The notes under the pieces are model-generated. The model did no database searches, was not told the DNA's origin, and was given only the letters and a program-made list of their open reading frames with translations. Of a stretch of 64,000 bases of DNA, positions 18,901 to 28,058 are shown piece by piece. The position numbers were made by a program, and so were the translations under genes. This DNA comes from Chloroflexota bacterium (GTDB lineage Bacteria > Chloroflexota > Anaerolineae > UBA2200), in assembly GCA_014360755.1 (NCBI GenBank), contig JACIWX010000003.1, forward strand, positions 283,678 to 347,677, written 5' to 3'. Position 1 is the first letter of the stretch, and each line of letters opens with the position of its first letter.

Positions 18901-20700
18901 TTAGACGTTCTTCTTTTCCTCGACCGCCTTCAGCGCCATAGCGATGAATTCCTCTAACGGTTTGGGACCCAGGTTCTCCTCGCTGCGCAGGCGCACGGAC
19001 ACTGTCCCGTCCTGAACCTCCTTATCACCCACGATCAGCATATACGGGATTTTCTGCAATTGCGCCTTGCGCACTTTGGCGTTCATGCGTTCCTCGCTGT
19101 CGTCTACCTCAGCGCGGAGCCCGGCTTCCTTCAGGCGCTGGAGCACCTGGCGTGCATATTCGTTGTGGCGGTCAGCGATGGGGATGATTTCTACCTGGAC
19201 AGGCGATAGCCACACCGGAAAAGCGCCGGCATAGTGCTCAATCAGACCGCCCACGAAGCGCTCCATGCTGCCCAACACAGTGCGATGCACCATTACCGGA
19301 CGGTGCTCCTTGCCATCCACACCGACAAACGTGAGGTCGAAACGCTCTGGGAAATTGAAATCCACTTGGATGGTGGGACCTTGCCAGCCGCGCCCCAACG
19401 CATCGCGCATTTTGATGTCAATGGCTGGGCCGTAGAACTTGGCTTCTCCTGGCATGACCTTGTACTCGATTTGGCGCTGCTTAAGTGCTTCTTCCAGTGC
19501 GGATTCAGCCGTCTCCCACACAGCATCTTCCCCGATGTACTTCGCCTTGTTCGCAGGGTCGCGCACGGACAGTTCCACGTCGAATTGCTCGTAGCCAAAC
19601 GTGCGCAGCATGAAGAAGGCGAGGTCCAGCACCCCAACGATTTCGTCCATGAGCTGGTCGGGGCGACAGAAGATATGGGCATCGTCTTGCGTGAAGCCGC
19701 GCACGCGCAACATGCCATGCAGCACGCCGCTCCGCTCGTAGCGGTAGACTGTACCTAATTCTGCCCAACGCAGCGGGAGATCGCGATAAGAGCGCGTCCG
19801 CGTCTTGTACATCAGCACGGCGAAGGGGCAGTTCATCGGCTTGAGCAAGTATTCTACCCCATCAATGTTAATCGGTGAGTACATCATGTCGCGGTAAAAA
19901 TCCCAATGGCCGCTGATCTTCCACAGGTCCAGCCTGCCAATATGTGGACTGTAGACGATATCGTAGCCGCGCTTGCGGTGCTCCTGCCGCCAGAAGTTTT
20001 CGATGATCTCGCGGATGAGCGCCCCTTTGGGATGCCAATAGACCAGCCCGGCGCCGCCGATTTCATGCGTGCTGAACAAGTCCAGTTCGCGCCCCAGCTT
20101 GCGGTGGTCACGTCGCTCGATTTCGGCTAACTTGTGTAAGTATGCTTCGAGTTGCTCGCGGGTAGGCCATACCGTCCCATAGATCCGTTGCAGCATGGGA
20201 CGGTGCTCATCACCACGCCAGTAGGCGCCCGCCACATTGAGCAGCTTCAAACCCTCTGGGTTGATCTCGCGCGTATTGGACACATGGGGACCACGACAGA
20301 GGTCAACGAATGAGCCATGTTTGTAGATGCTCAGTTTGGGCGGCCCTTCTGCGGCCTCGCCGTATTCGTCCTTGCCGCCAGCCAGGATGTCCTGAATCAG
20401 CTCCAGTTTATAGGGCTGGTCGGCAAAGATCTCCCGTGCCTCTGCTTCGGAGACCTCGCGGTACTCAAAGGGGTGATCCTCTTGCACAATCTGCTTCATA
20501 CGCGCCTCGATCTCCTGCAAATCCTCGGGAGTCAAAGGGCGAGGCAAATCAAAATCGTAATAGAACCCCTCTTCGATTGCCGGCCCAATGGCCAGTTTGC
20601 CCTCAGGGAACTTTTCTAGCACCGCCTGGGCCATGACATGGGCGGCAGAGTGCCTTAACTTGTGCAAGAATTCCTCGTTTTGATCGTGTTCTTTAGACAT
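18901..20700 (-). CDS. thrS: Threonine--tRNA ligase (no TGS domain)
   Basis: RHSAAH, DLCRGPH, RDHRKLG, KPMNCP, RVRGFTQDDAH, GSMERF. RBS AAGGAG before ATG 20700; the ORF-track extension to 20880 runs through the T-box. Confidence 0.97.
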   Translation of the reverse strand: MSKEHDQNEEFLHKLRHSAAHVMAQAVLEKFPEGKLAIGPAIEEGFYYDFDLPRPLTPEDLQEIEARMKQIVQEDHPFEYREVSEAEAREIFADQPYKLELIQDILAGGKDEYGEAAEGPPKLSIYKHGSFVDLCRGPHVSNTREINPEGLKLLNVAGAYWRGDEHRPMLQRIYGTVWPTREQLEAYLHKLAEIERRDHRKLGRELDLFSTHEIGGAGLVYWHPKGALIREIIENFWRQEHRKRGYDIVYSPHIGRLDLWKISGHWDFYRDMMYSPINIDGVEYLLKPMNCPFAVLMYKTRTRSYRDLPLRWAELGTVYRYERSGVLHGMLRVRGFTQDDAHIFCRPDQLMDEIVGVLDLAFFMLRTFGYEQFDVELSVRDPANKAKYIGEDAVWETAESALEEALKQRQIEYKVMPGEAKFYGPAIDIKMRDALGRGWQGPTIQVDFNFPERFDLTFVGVDGKEHRPVMVHRTVLGSMERFVGGLIEHYAGAFPVWLSPVQVEIIPIADRHNEYARQVLQRLKEAGLRAEVDDSEERMNAKVRKAQLQKIPYMLIVGDKEVQDGTVSVRLRSEENLGPKPLEEFIAMALKAVEEKKNV

Positions 20701-20748
20701 ATTTCTTCTCCTTATCATACCAGCAATCAGTGGGTAGCGCGCCTTAAC

Positions 20749-20992
20749 AAAAAACCCTCTCACCCAAGGGGCGAGAGGGGACTCACGCGGTTCCACCCAA
20801 TTTCGACAACCAGGTTTGGTTGTCCTCCTTATGGCCGATAACGGGTGCCTCCGGGGCTCCATACTCTGCTCAGCCTGCATTTCCGGAGCCGGCTCTCAGG
20901 TGGTTTTCGCTGGGCTCCCGTTGAGAAGGCTCGCAGTCTATGACCTTCCCTCCCTGGAACGGCTCCTCCAGCTACTCGTCCTGATCACAGCC
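20749..20992 (-). promoter_or_regulatory. T-box riboswitch (Thr, ACC specifier) with intrinsic terminator
   Basis: Stem I start GCTGTGATCAGGACGAGTAGC; ACC specifier at 20904-20902; T-box AATTGGGTGGAACCGCG (20802-20786); terminator CCCTCTCGCCC..GGGTGAGAGGG-TTTTTT. Confidence 0.92.
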
Positions 20993-21042
20993 GATAAACA
21001 AAACCCACGGACGTACCGTGGGCTTCGTCGCCTTTGTGAAAT

Positions 21043-21071
21043 AATATACCACAAAATCTCAATTTTGGCAA
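21043..21071 (-). promoter_or_regulatory. Promoter TTGCCA-N17-TATATT (TG-extended) for the T-box/thrS leader
   Basis: tggcaa 21066-21071 and aatata 21043-21048 on the + strand. Confidence 0.55.
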
Positions 21072-21225
21072 ACAAGCGAAAGCCTTCGGGTGTAGTTCAG
21101 TTTGGGGGCAGAATATGGATAAGCGTGGACGGCGGACTGTGCTCCGCCTGGAGCAGGATGGATTAGACCTGTCAGGTCTGTTTAAGATCCCTGGAGCGTG
21201 GACGGCGGCGTTTGCCATTGAGCCT

Positions 21226-21339
21226 GCCAGGGATTGAAATCCCTGGCTGAAACAGCAAGCCCCCTGAAGGGGGCTGCAGCCAATCACCAGTCGGCTTTAG
21301 CCGACTTGCACGTTTCAGCCAGGGAATTGATTCCCTGGC
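21226..21339. repeat. REPIN-like inverted doublet of palindromes
   Basis: GCCAGGGATTGAAATCCCTGGCTGAAAC ... GTTTCAGCCAGGGAATTGATTCCCTGGC, with inner hairpins AGCCCCCTGAAGGGGGCT and AGTCGGCTTTAGCCGACT. Confidence 0.7.
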
Positions 21340-21384
21340 GGCATCTGGGCCTGGGCTCCCATGCCCAGGCGAGGTGGTCTCCTG

Positions 21385-21460
21385 TGTTACCCTGAGGCGA
21401 AGCCGAGGGGTCTCATGGAACTGAGGGAGATTCTGAGCCGCTACGCGGCTCAGAATGACA
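21385..21460. repeat. Palindromic repeat related to the MITE core
   Basis: TGTTACCCTGAGGCGAAGCCGAGGGGTCTC...GAGATTCTGAGCCGCTACGCGGCTCAGAATGACA resembles 16556-16734. Confidence 0.65.
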
Positions 21461-21763
21461 ATGGGAGAGCAGTTGCTCTCATGTTTGGCGTGGACAGCGG
21501 GTGATCTACCTGGAGCAGTCTCACGCTCGGCGTGGACCACAGTCCACGCTGGGTATCAGATAGCCCCGTCTACTTGAGGAGCGAATCCGTTCCATCCGTT
21601 CCCCAAATCTGCTGACAGTGATTGTTCTTGGCCAGACTTGGCTGCTTTTCATCCGCCTGGGGCTGTGCAAGGCATTTCTTGCCCCAAAAGTGAACTACAC
21701 CCCAAGCGCACGCAGCACTTGACTTTTGATTGAAATTGCTTAAAATGAAAAGCGCGCCGGCGT

Positions 21764-21844
21764 GGGGAAGTGTCGGAATGGTAGACGAGCGTGACTTAGG
21801 ATCACGTGGAGCAATCCGTGAGAGTTCGAGTCTCTCCTTCCCCA
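21764..21844 (+). tRNA. tRNA-Leu (anticodon TAG)
   Basis: Acceptor stem GGGGAAG/CTTCCCC, anticodon loop CTTAGGA, long variable arm, GTTCGAG T-loop; followed by TCA (CCA not encoded). Confidence 0.95.
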
Positions 21845-21861
21845 TCAGGTTAGGTGAAAAA

Positions 21862-21933
21862 GCGGAAGTGGCTCAGCGGTAGAGCATCTCCTTGCCAAGG
21901 AGAGGGCCGCGGGTTCGAATCCCGTCTTCCGCT
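21862..21933 (+). tRNA. tRNA-Gly (anticodon GCC)
   Basis: Acceptor stem GCGGAAG/CTTCCGC, loop TTGCCAA, GGTTCGAATCC; followed by CCT. Confidence 0.95.
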
Positions 21934-21940
21934 CCTTATG

Positions 21941-21972
21941 GAGAATGCTGGTTCGCATGAACCAGCATTCTC
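21941..21972 (+). terminator. 14-bp perfect hairpin between the tRNAs and tig (no strong U-tract)
   Basis: GAGAATGCTGGTTC-GCAT-GAACCAGCATTCTC. Confidence 0.5.
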
Positions 21973-22038
21973 TGTATGCCTCAGGCAGGGAACTCTCCTA
22001 CCTGAGTTGATTCATCATAAATGGAGGCCATATACTCG

Positions 22039-23412
22039 TTGAATATTCAGAAAGAAAAGACCGGCCCGTGCGAATACACGCTCACGATCGAGGTGGAACC
22101 AGAGCGTCTACAAAAACCGCTGCGCGAAGCGGCACAGCGCTTGAACCGACGCCGTCCGATACCTGGTTTCCGCCCCGGTAAAGCACCTTACGCCATGGCC
22201 GAACGCATTTACGGTAAGGATTTGATTTATGAAGAAATGCTGTACCAGGTAGGCAACGAGTGGTATCAGGAGGCTCTTGAACAGAGCCAACTCGAGCCCT
22301 ACGCACAAGGGCAAATGGAAATCGTACAATTGGAACCGCTCACGCTCAAGATCAGCGTGCCTGTGCAACCAGAAGTCACTCTTGGCGACTACCACAGCAT
22401 ACGCGTGGAGCCAAAGGCGGTAGAGGTGCAACCGGCTGAAATAGACGAAGCACTGGCTCAGATTCAGGAGAGCCATGCCATTTGGGTACCGGTTGAGCAC
22501 GCAGTTGTCACGGGCAACCAAGTGCTGATTGATGCCATAGGAACGACCGCTGATGGCAAGCCAGTAGAGCAAAAAGACCTGACCTTGGAGGTCAGCGAGG
22601 ACATCACGCCATCTGGCTTTGGCCAGAACCTGGTGGGCATGCGACCGGGCGAGAGCAAAGAATTCGATGTGGAATACCCGGCAGATTTTCGCGACCCCAG
22701 CCTGGCTGGCAAGCGCGTCCATTTCCAGGTGACGGTCAAGACGGTAAAAGAAAAAGAACTGCCACCATTGGATGATGCACTGGCACAGAGCGCAGGGTCC
22801 TTTGGGACCTTGGCAGAGCTGCGAACGTACATCGAGCAAGAACTGCGCAAGCGCAAAGAGGAAGAAGCAAGGGACGCTGCGCTAGAAGAGGCGCTGGACG
22901 CTCTGGTCGAACAGGCGACGCTGGAATATCCGACGATTGCCGTTGAGCGTGAGATAGACGCGATGATCAAATCGCGGGCAGACAATCTGATCCAGCAGGG
23001 GTTCACCCTGGAAGGTTATCTGCAGATCATTGGGAAGACATTGCCCCAACTGCGCGCCGAACTGAGGCCTCAGGCTGAGAAGCGCATCAAGCGTGGCCTG
23101 GTACTGAGCAAGTTCGCCGAGGCAGAAGGCATCACAGTAGAAGAACAGGAAATTGACCAGGAAGTGAACCGCCTGTCCGAGCCCTTTGGCCAGCGGGCGG
23201 AAGCAGTGAAAACAGCCCTCAGCGCAGAAAGACCGCTGCGCTCCATAGCCAACGATGTCCGGCGGCGCAAGGCTTTGGAGCGCTTGCTGGCTATTGCCAC
23301 TGGCAGAGGGATGGTGCAGGCAGACAATGAACGAGATCAGAAATCAGCAGAGTTGGCAATGAAAGCTGAGGAAACTGATAATGAAAAGTCACCAACTGGA
23401 GGAGGTGCATGA
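22039..23412 (+). CDS. tig: Trigger factor
   Basis: [10 protein letters not shown] ribosome-binding motif, FKBP-like middle domain; precedes clpP-clpX. TTG start inferred from GGAGG at 22023. Confidence 0.95.
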   Translation: MNIQKEKTGPCEYTLTIEVEPERLQKPLREAAQRLNRRRPIPGFRPGKAPYAMAERIYGKDLIYEEMLYQVGNEWYQEALEQSQLEPYAQGQMEIVQLEPLTLKISVPVQPEVTLGDYHSIRVEPKAVEVQPAEIDEALAQIQESHAIWVPVEHAVVTGNQVLIDAIGTTADGKPVEQKDLTLEVSEDITPSGFGQNLVGMRPGESKEFDVEYPADFRDPSLAGKRVHFQVTVKTVKEKELPPLDDALAQSAGSFGTLAELRTYIEQELRKRKEEEARDAALEEALDALVEQATLEYPTIAVEREIDAMIKSRADNLIQQGFTLEGYLQIIGKTLPQLRAELRPQAEKRIKRGLVLSKFAEAEGITVEEQEIDQEVNRLSEPFGQRAEAVKTALSAERPLRSIANDVRRRKALERLLAIATGRGMVQADNERDQKSAELAMKAEETDNEKSPTGGGA

Positions 23413-24020
23413 GCGATCGAGTGTATAATACAGTGATCCCGATGGTCATTGAGACCACCGGTCGGGGGGAGCGAGGATACGACATCTTCTCCCTCCTGCT
23501 CAAAGAGAGAATTATTTTTCTGGGCACACCTATTGATGACACCGTAGCCAACTTGATTGTGGCACAATTTCTGTTCCTACAACGCGAAGACCCAGAGAAG
23601 GAAATCTCTTTATACATCAACTCACCAGGCGGCTCAATCAGTGCGGGTTTGGCAATCTACGACACCATGCAACTGGTCAGTGCACCAGTATCTACTATTG
23701 CAGTGGGCATGACCGCCAGCATGGGGACGATCCTGCTTTGTGCGGGTACGAAAGGGCGGCGCTATGCCCTTCCCAATGCCACGGTGCATATCCACCAACC
23801 ATGGGGCGGGGTGCAGGGCCAAGCCGTGGACATCGAGATAGAAGCCCGCCGTATCCTGCGCGAACGGGAACGGCTCAATCAGATCCTCGCCAAGCACACG
23901 GGTCAGCCCTTGGAGCGCATTATCCAGGACACAGATCGAAACTATTGGATGAATGCGGAAGAAGCAGTGCAATACGGCATCATTGACGAAGTATTGCGCA
24001 AGACCGAGCCCAGCAAATAG
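23409..24020 (+). CDS. clpP: ATP-dependent Clp protease proteolytic subunit
   Basis: YINSPGG, ASMG, IHQP, DTDRN. Confidence 0.97.
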   Translation: MSDRVYNTVIPMVIETTGRGERGYDIFSLLLKERIIFLGTPIDDTVANLIVAQFLFLQREDPEKEISLYINSPGGSISAGLAIYDTMQLVSAPVSTIAVGMTASMGTILLCAGTKGRRYALPNATVHIHQPWGGVQGQAVDIEIEARRILRERERLNQILAKHTGQPLERIIQDTDRNYWMNAEEAVQYGIIDEVLRKTEPSK

Positions 24021-24067
24021 CGAGTAACGAGCCACGGATACGAAACACCGGGGAAGGATGGCCATTG

Positions 24068-25330
24068 ATGCGCAGAGAACCTATTGTCCAACACTGCTCT
24101 TTTTGCAACCGGCCCCAGTACGAAGTACAGCATCTCATTGCCGGCCCAGGCAACGTGTACATCTGTGACGAATGCGTGCAGATATGTCAGGAGATCCTGG
24201 AGCAAGAGCGGGTGGTGAGCAAACCCGTGAAGAAGATGGAGGGAAAGAGGATCCCTCCGCCGATGGAAATTTACCAACGGCTGAATGAGTACGTCGTAGG
24301 CCAAGACCGGGCTAAAAAGGTGCTCGCCGTTGCGGTCTATAACCATTTCAAGCGCACGATGGCGAGGCAGGAATCATCAGATGATGTGGAACTACAGAAA
24401 AGCAATATCCTGCTGATCGGGCCCACTGGATGTGGCAAAACTCTGCTCGCTCAGACATTGGCGCGAATCTTGAATGTGCCCTTTGCTATGGCGGATGCCA
24501 CCTCGCTGACAGAAGCCGGGTATGTGGGGGAAGATGTGGAGAATATCCTGCTGCGTTTGATTCAGGCTGCTGATGGCAATTTGGAAAGCGCAGCAAAGGG
24601 CATTGTGTACATTGATGAGATAGACAAAATTGCCCGCAAAAGCGGGGATAACCCCTCCATTACGCGAGACGTCTCTGGTGAAGGGGTGCAACAAGGCTTG
24701 TTGAAAATTCTGGAGGGGACCGTGGCAAACGTGCCGCCACAGGGCGGGCGCAAGCATCCGCATCAGGAGTATATCCAATTGGACACCACCGATATCCTGT
24801 TTATCTGTGGTGGCGCCTTTGAGGGCCTGGAGAAGATCACAGCCAAGCGGTTGGGCTCGCATCGCACTCTGGGGTTCAAGGGACCTACTACTCGCGAGAA
24901 GGCTGAGTGGACTCGTGCGGAATTGCTCAAGCACGTCATTTCGGACGATTTACTAGAATTTGGCTTGATCCCTGAATTCGTCGGCCGCCTGCCGGTCGTG
25001 GTCAGCGTGGACCCACTGGATGAAGAGATGCTCATGCGCATTCTCACGCAACCCAAGAACTCGATTGTGAAGCAATTTCAAAAGCTCTTTGCCTTGGATG
25101 GAGTAGAGCTTATCTTTACCGAAGATGCACTGCGCGAGACGGCGCGCGAAGCCTATCGCTATCGCATGGGCGCGCGTGGCCTGCGCACCATTATCGAGGA
25201 GACCCTGCTCGAAGTGATGTACGAAATCCCTTCACGCCAGGACATCAAGCAAGTTGTAATTGATGCCCAGACTATTCGTGAGCGCAAACGGACACAGCCG
25301 CTTGACTGGGATATGGAAAAGACCGCATAG
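24068..25330 (+). CDS. clpX: ATP-dependent Clp protease ATP-binding subunit
   Basis: CSFC..CDEC zinc finger, [31 protein letters not shown]. Confidence 0.97.
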   Translation: MRREPIVQHCSFCNRPQYEVQHLIAGPGNVYICDECVQICQEILEQERVVSKPVKKMEGKRIPPPMEIYQRLNEYVVGQDRAKKVLAVAVYNHFKRTMARQESSDDVELQKSNILLIGPTGCGKTLLAQTLARILNVPFAMADATSLTEAGYVGEDVENILLRLIQAADGNLESAAKGIVYIDEIDKIARKSGDNPSITRDVSGEGVQQGLLKILEGTVANVPPQGGRKHPHQEYIQLDTTDILFICGGAFEGLEKITAKRLGSHRTLGFKGPTTREKAEWTRAELLKHVISDDLLEFGLIPEFVGRLPVVVSVDPLDEEMLMRILTQPKNSIVKQFQKLFALDGVELIFTEDALRETAREAYRYRMGARGLRTIIEETLLEVMYEIPSRQDIKQVVIDAQTIRERKRTQPLDWDMEKTA

Positions 25331-25339
25331 GAGTATGTT

Positions 25340-28024
25340 ATGATCACCAGTGCAGAAATCCGCCGCACTTTTCTATCTTACTTTCAAGAGAGAGGCCACA
25401 CTGTAGTGCCCAGCTCATCCCTTATCCCTGCCAATGACCCGACCTTGCTTTTTACCAATGCGGGCATGGTGCAGTTCAAGGACGTCTTTTTGGGTGTGGA
25501 AAAGCGTTCCTACACTCGTGCCACCACTGCGCAAAAGTGCATGCGCGTGAGTGGCAAACATAATGACCTGGAGAATGTAGGGCCCTCGCCACGCCATCAC
25601 ACCTTCTTCGAAATGCTGGGCAATTTTTCTTTCGGGGACTATTTCAAACGCGAAGCGATTGCCTACGCCTGGGAGTTCTTGACTGAGGTCCTGGGGCTGG
25701 ACAAGAACCGCCTCTATCCCACGATCTATGTTGAGGACGATGAGGCTTTCACTCTGTGGCAGGAAGTGGCGGGAGTGCCTGCCTCACGCATTACGCGCAT
25801 GGGTAAGAAAGACAACTTCTGGGCAATGGGCGACACTGGTCCCAATGGTCCGTGTTCCGAGATCGTGTACGATCGAGGCCCAGAACATTGCACTTGTGGC
25901 CGCTCCGATTGCAACCTGACTGTCGAATGCGAGCGCTGGTGGGAGCTGTGGAACCTGGTCTTCATGCAGTACGAAACCACAGCCGATGGGATAACTCGCC
26001 CACTCCCCAAACCCAGTATTGACACGGGTATGGGTATGGAACGCATCACCGCCGTGCTGCAAGGTGCAAACAGCAATTATGAAACAGACCTGTTCTGGCC
26101 TATTATCCAACGTACCCAAGAGCTACTCGGGCACAGTGATGCACGGCGTGAAGAACAAATTGTTTCCTATCGTGTGATCGCAGACCACGCCCGGGCTATT
26201 GCCTTCCTTATTGCTGACGGCGTGTTGCCGGGTAATGAAGGCCGTAACTATGTGCTGCGCCTCATCCTGCGCCGTGCGGCACGCCATGGCAAGCTGCTTG
26301 GATTTACACAACCCTTCATCGCTGAGGTACTGAAAGTAGTGATAGACCTCATGGGCAAACACTACAGCGAATTGACCCAACGGCGCGATTTTATCCTAGA
26401 GGCCGCAACGCAGGAAGAGGAGCGCTTCCTCCAGACGTTGGACGTCGGCATGAACCTGCTGGACCAGATCATTGTCGGGCTTAAGAAGACTAACCAGACG
26501 GTTATCCCGGGAGACAAGGCTTTCCGCCTTTACGATACGTATGGTTTCCCACTGGATCTGACGCGAGATGTGGCTAAAGAGCACAACCTAACTGTGGATG
26601 AGGCGGGTTTCCGCGCCGCATTGGAGGCACAGCGCGAGCGTGCACGGGCAGCGCAACGTTTTGAAATGGGACAGGAAGAAGAGCTGTACCGCAACATGGG
26701 CCTGTCGGCGACCCAATTTGTCGGCTATGAGACGACCCGATGCCAGGCTCAAATCCTGTCTCTGGTCAGAGATGGCCAAGCACAGGAAGAGGTTGGACCT
26801 GGACAGAAGGTACAAGTTGTGCTAGACCGCACTCCCTTTTACGGCGAAAGCGGGGGCCAAGTTGGCGATACCGGTGTGATTATTGGGCCAAGAGGCCGTA
26901 TCCAAGTGCACGATACCCGTCATCCCTTGCCTGAGCTGACAGTGCATTATGGTCAGGTCGTCGAAGGAGTTCTCGCTGTCGGAGAGCAGGTTGAGGCGCA
27001 GGTTGACGAAGAGCGACGCCTGGATATTGCGCGCAATCACACTGCGACGCACCTGCTGCATCGTGCGCTCCAAAAAGTGTTGGGTCCACACGCCTTACAG
27101 GCTGGCTCGTTGGTAGCACCAGATCGTCTCCGCTTTGATTTCACTCACCTGCAGGCTGTATCTGATGAAGAATTACGCGAGATAGAGCAAGAGGTCAACG
27201 CCGCCATTCGTGCAGACATGCCGGTGGCAGGACATGTTACTACCTTTGAACAGGCACGGGCGAGCGGAGCCATGGCCCTCTTTGGCGAAAAATATGGCGA
27301 TACTGTGCGTATGATCAGCGTGGGAGATGGCTATAGCCGTGAGCTTTGCGGTGGCACCCACCTGCAACGCACAGGCCAAATTGGCTTCTTCCATATCGTC
27401 AGTGAGTCCAGTGTAGGTGCAGGCTTGCGTCGCATCGAGGCAGTGACCGGACGTGGGGCAGAAGCGTGGGTGAATCAGCAACTTAATGTCCTATCCGAAG
27501 CGGCTGCCACATTGCAGTGCCGACCTAGTGAACTGGTGCAAAAGGCGAAAGAGCTCATGGAGCAACTACGCGAGCAGCAGCGCGAGATCGTGCAACTGCG
27601 CAATCAGGTGGCGCGCGAGAATGTGGCACGCCTGTTGGAGCAAGTAAGATACATCTCCGGTGTGCAGGTCTTGGCTGCTCGGGTGGATGCCAACAGCGTC
27701 GAGCATTTGCGGGAGATGATTGACCATGCCCGAGAGGGTCTGCGCCAGCATGCGGAGCACGCTGGCCAAGAAGTAACAGGCTTTGTCATCGTCTTAGGCG
27801 CTGTTATAGAAGAACATCCTAGCCTGGTAGCTGCTGTAGCACCCGAATTGGTCAAGCAAGGGTTGCATGCCGGCAAATTGGTAGGGGAAATTGCCAGAGC
27901 GATGGGTGGTAGCGGTGGTGGACGCCCTGAACTGGGGCAGGCTGGCGGTGGTGATGCCAGCAAGATGAAGGAGGCTCTGGCTCTGGTAGAACAAAAAATC
28001 AAAGAGAGGCTAGCGACCAGGTAG
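25340..28024 (+). CDS. alaS: Alanine--tRNA ligase
   Basis: LLFTNAGMVQFK, HHTFFEMLGNFSFGDYFK, NHTATH, ELCGGTH, GGGRP. Confidence 0.97.
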   Translation: MITSAEIRRTFLSYFQERGHTVVPSSSLIPANDPTLLFTNAGMVQFKDVFLGVEKRSYTRATTAQKCMRVSGKHNDLENVGPSPRHHTFFEMLGNFSFGDYFKREAIAYAWEFLTEVLGLDKNRLYPTIYVEDDEAFTLWQEVAGVPASRITRMGKKDNFWAMGDTGPNGPCSEIVYDRGPEHCTCGRSDCNLTVECERWWELWNLVFMQYETTADGITRPLPKPSIDTGMGMERITAVLQGANSNYETDLFWPIIQRTQELLGHSDARREEQIVSYRVIADHARAIAFLIADGVLPGNEGRNYVLRLILRRAARHGKLLGFTQPFIAEVLKVVIDLMGKHYSELTQRRDFILEAATQEEERFLQTLDVGMNLLDQIIVGLKKTNQTVIPGDKAFRLYDTYGFPLDLTRDVAKEHNLTVDEAGFRAALEAQRERARAAQRFEMGQEEELYRNMGLSATQFVGYETTRCQAQILSLVRDGQAQEEVGPGQKVQVVLDRTPFYGESGGQVGDTGVIIGPRGRIQVHDTRHPLPELTVHYGQVVEGVLAVGEQVEAQVDEERRLDIARNHTATHLLHRALQKVLGPHALQAGSLVAPDRLRFDFTHLQAVSDEELREIEQEVNAAIRADMPVAGHVTTFEQARASGAMALFGEKYGDTVRMISVGDGYSRELCGGTHLQRTGQIGFFHIVSESSVGAGLRRIEAVTGRGAEAWVNQQLNVLSEAAATLQCRPSELVQKAKELMEQLREQQREIVQLRNQVARENVARLLEQVRYISGVQVLAARVDANSVEHLREMIDHAREGLRQHAEHAGQEVTGFVIVLGAVIEEHPSLVAAVAPELVKQGLHAGKLVGEIARAMGGSGGGRPELGQAGGGDASKMKEALALVEQKIKERLATR

Positions 28025-28058
28025 CCCTGGAAAGCTATCTCCCACACGTGAGCGCTTC

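Larger units (their letters stand above)
21088..21702. mobile_element. 615-bp non-coding element bounded by terminal inverted repeats, with nested palindromic repeats
   Basis: Left end GGGTGTAGTTCAGTTTGGGGGCAGAA vs reverse complement of right end GGGTGTAGTTCACTTTTGGGGCAAGAA; no transposase ORF; no clear target duplication. Confidence 0.7.

Noticed and set aside
20701..20880. 60-aa N-terminal extension of ThrS in the ORF track
   Set aside because: It runs through the T-box antiterminator and terminator; a good RBS precedes ATG 20700
21120..21550. CRISPR array suggested by repeated GCGTGGAC units
   Set aside because: Repeats are only 8-14 bp, irregularly spaced, and no cas genes are present
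21764..21972. Integrated element at the tRNA genes
   Set aside because: No integrase and no duplicated tRNA 3' end seen; tig-clpP-clpX follows directly
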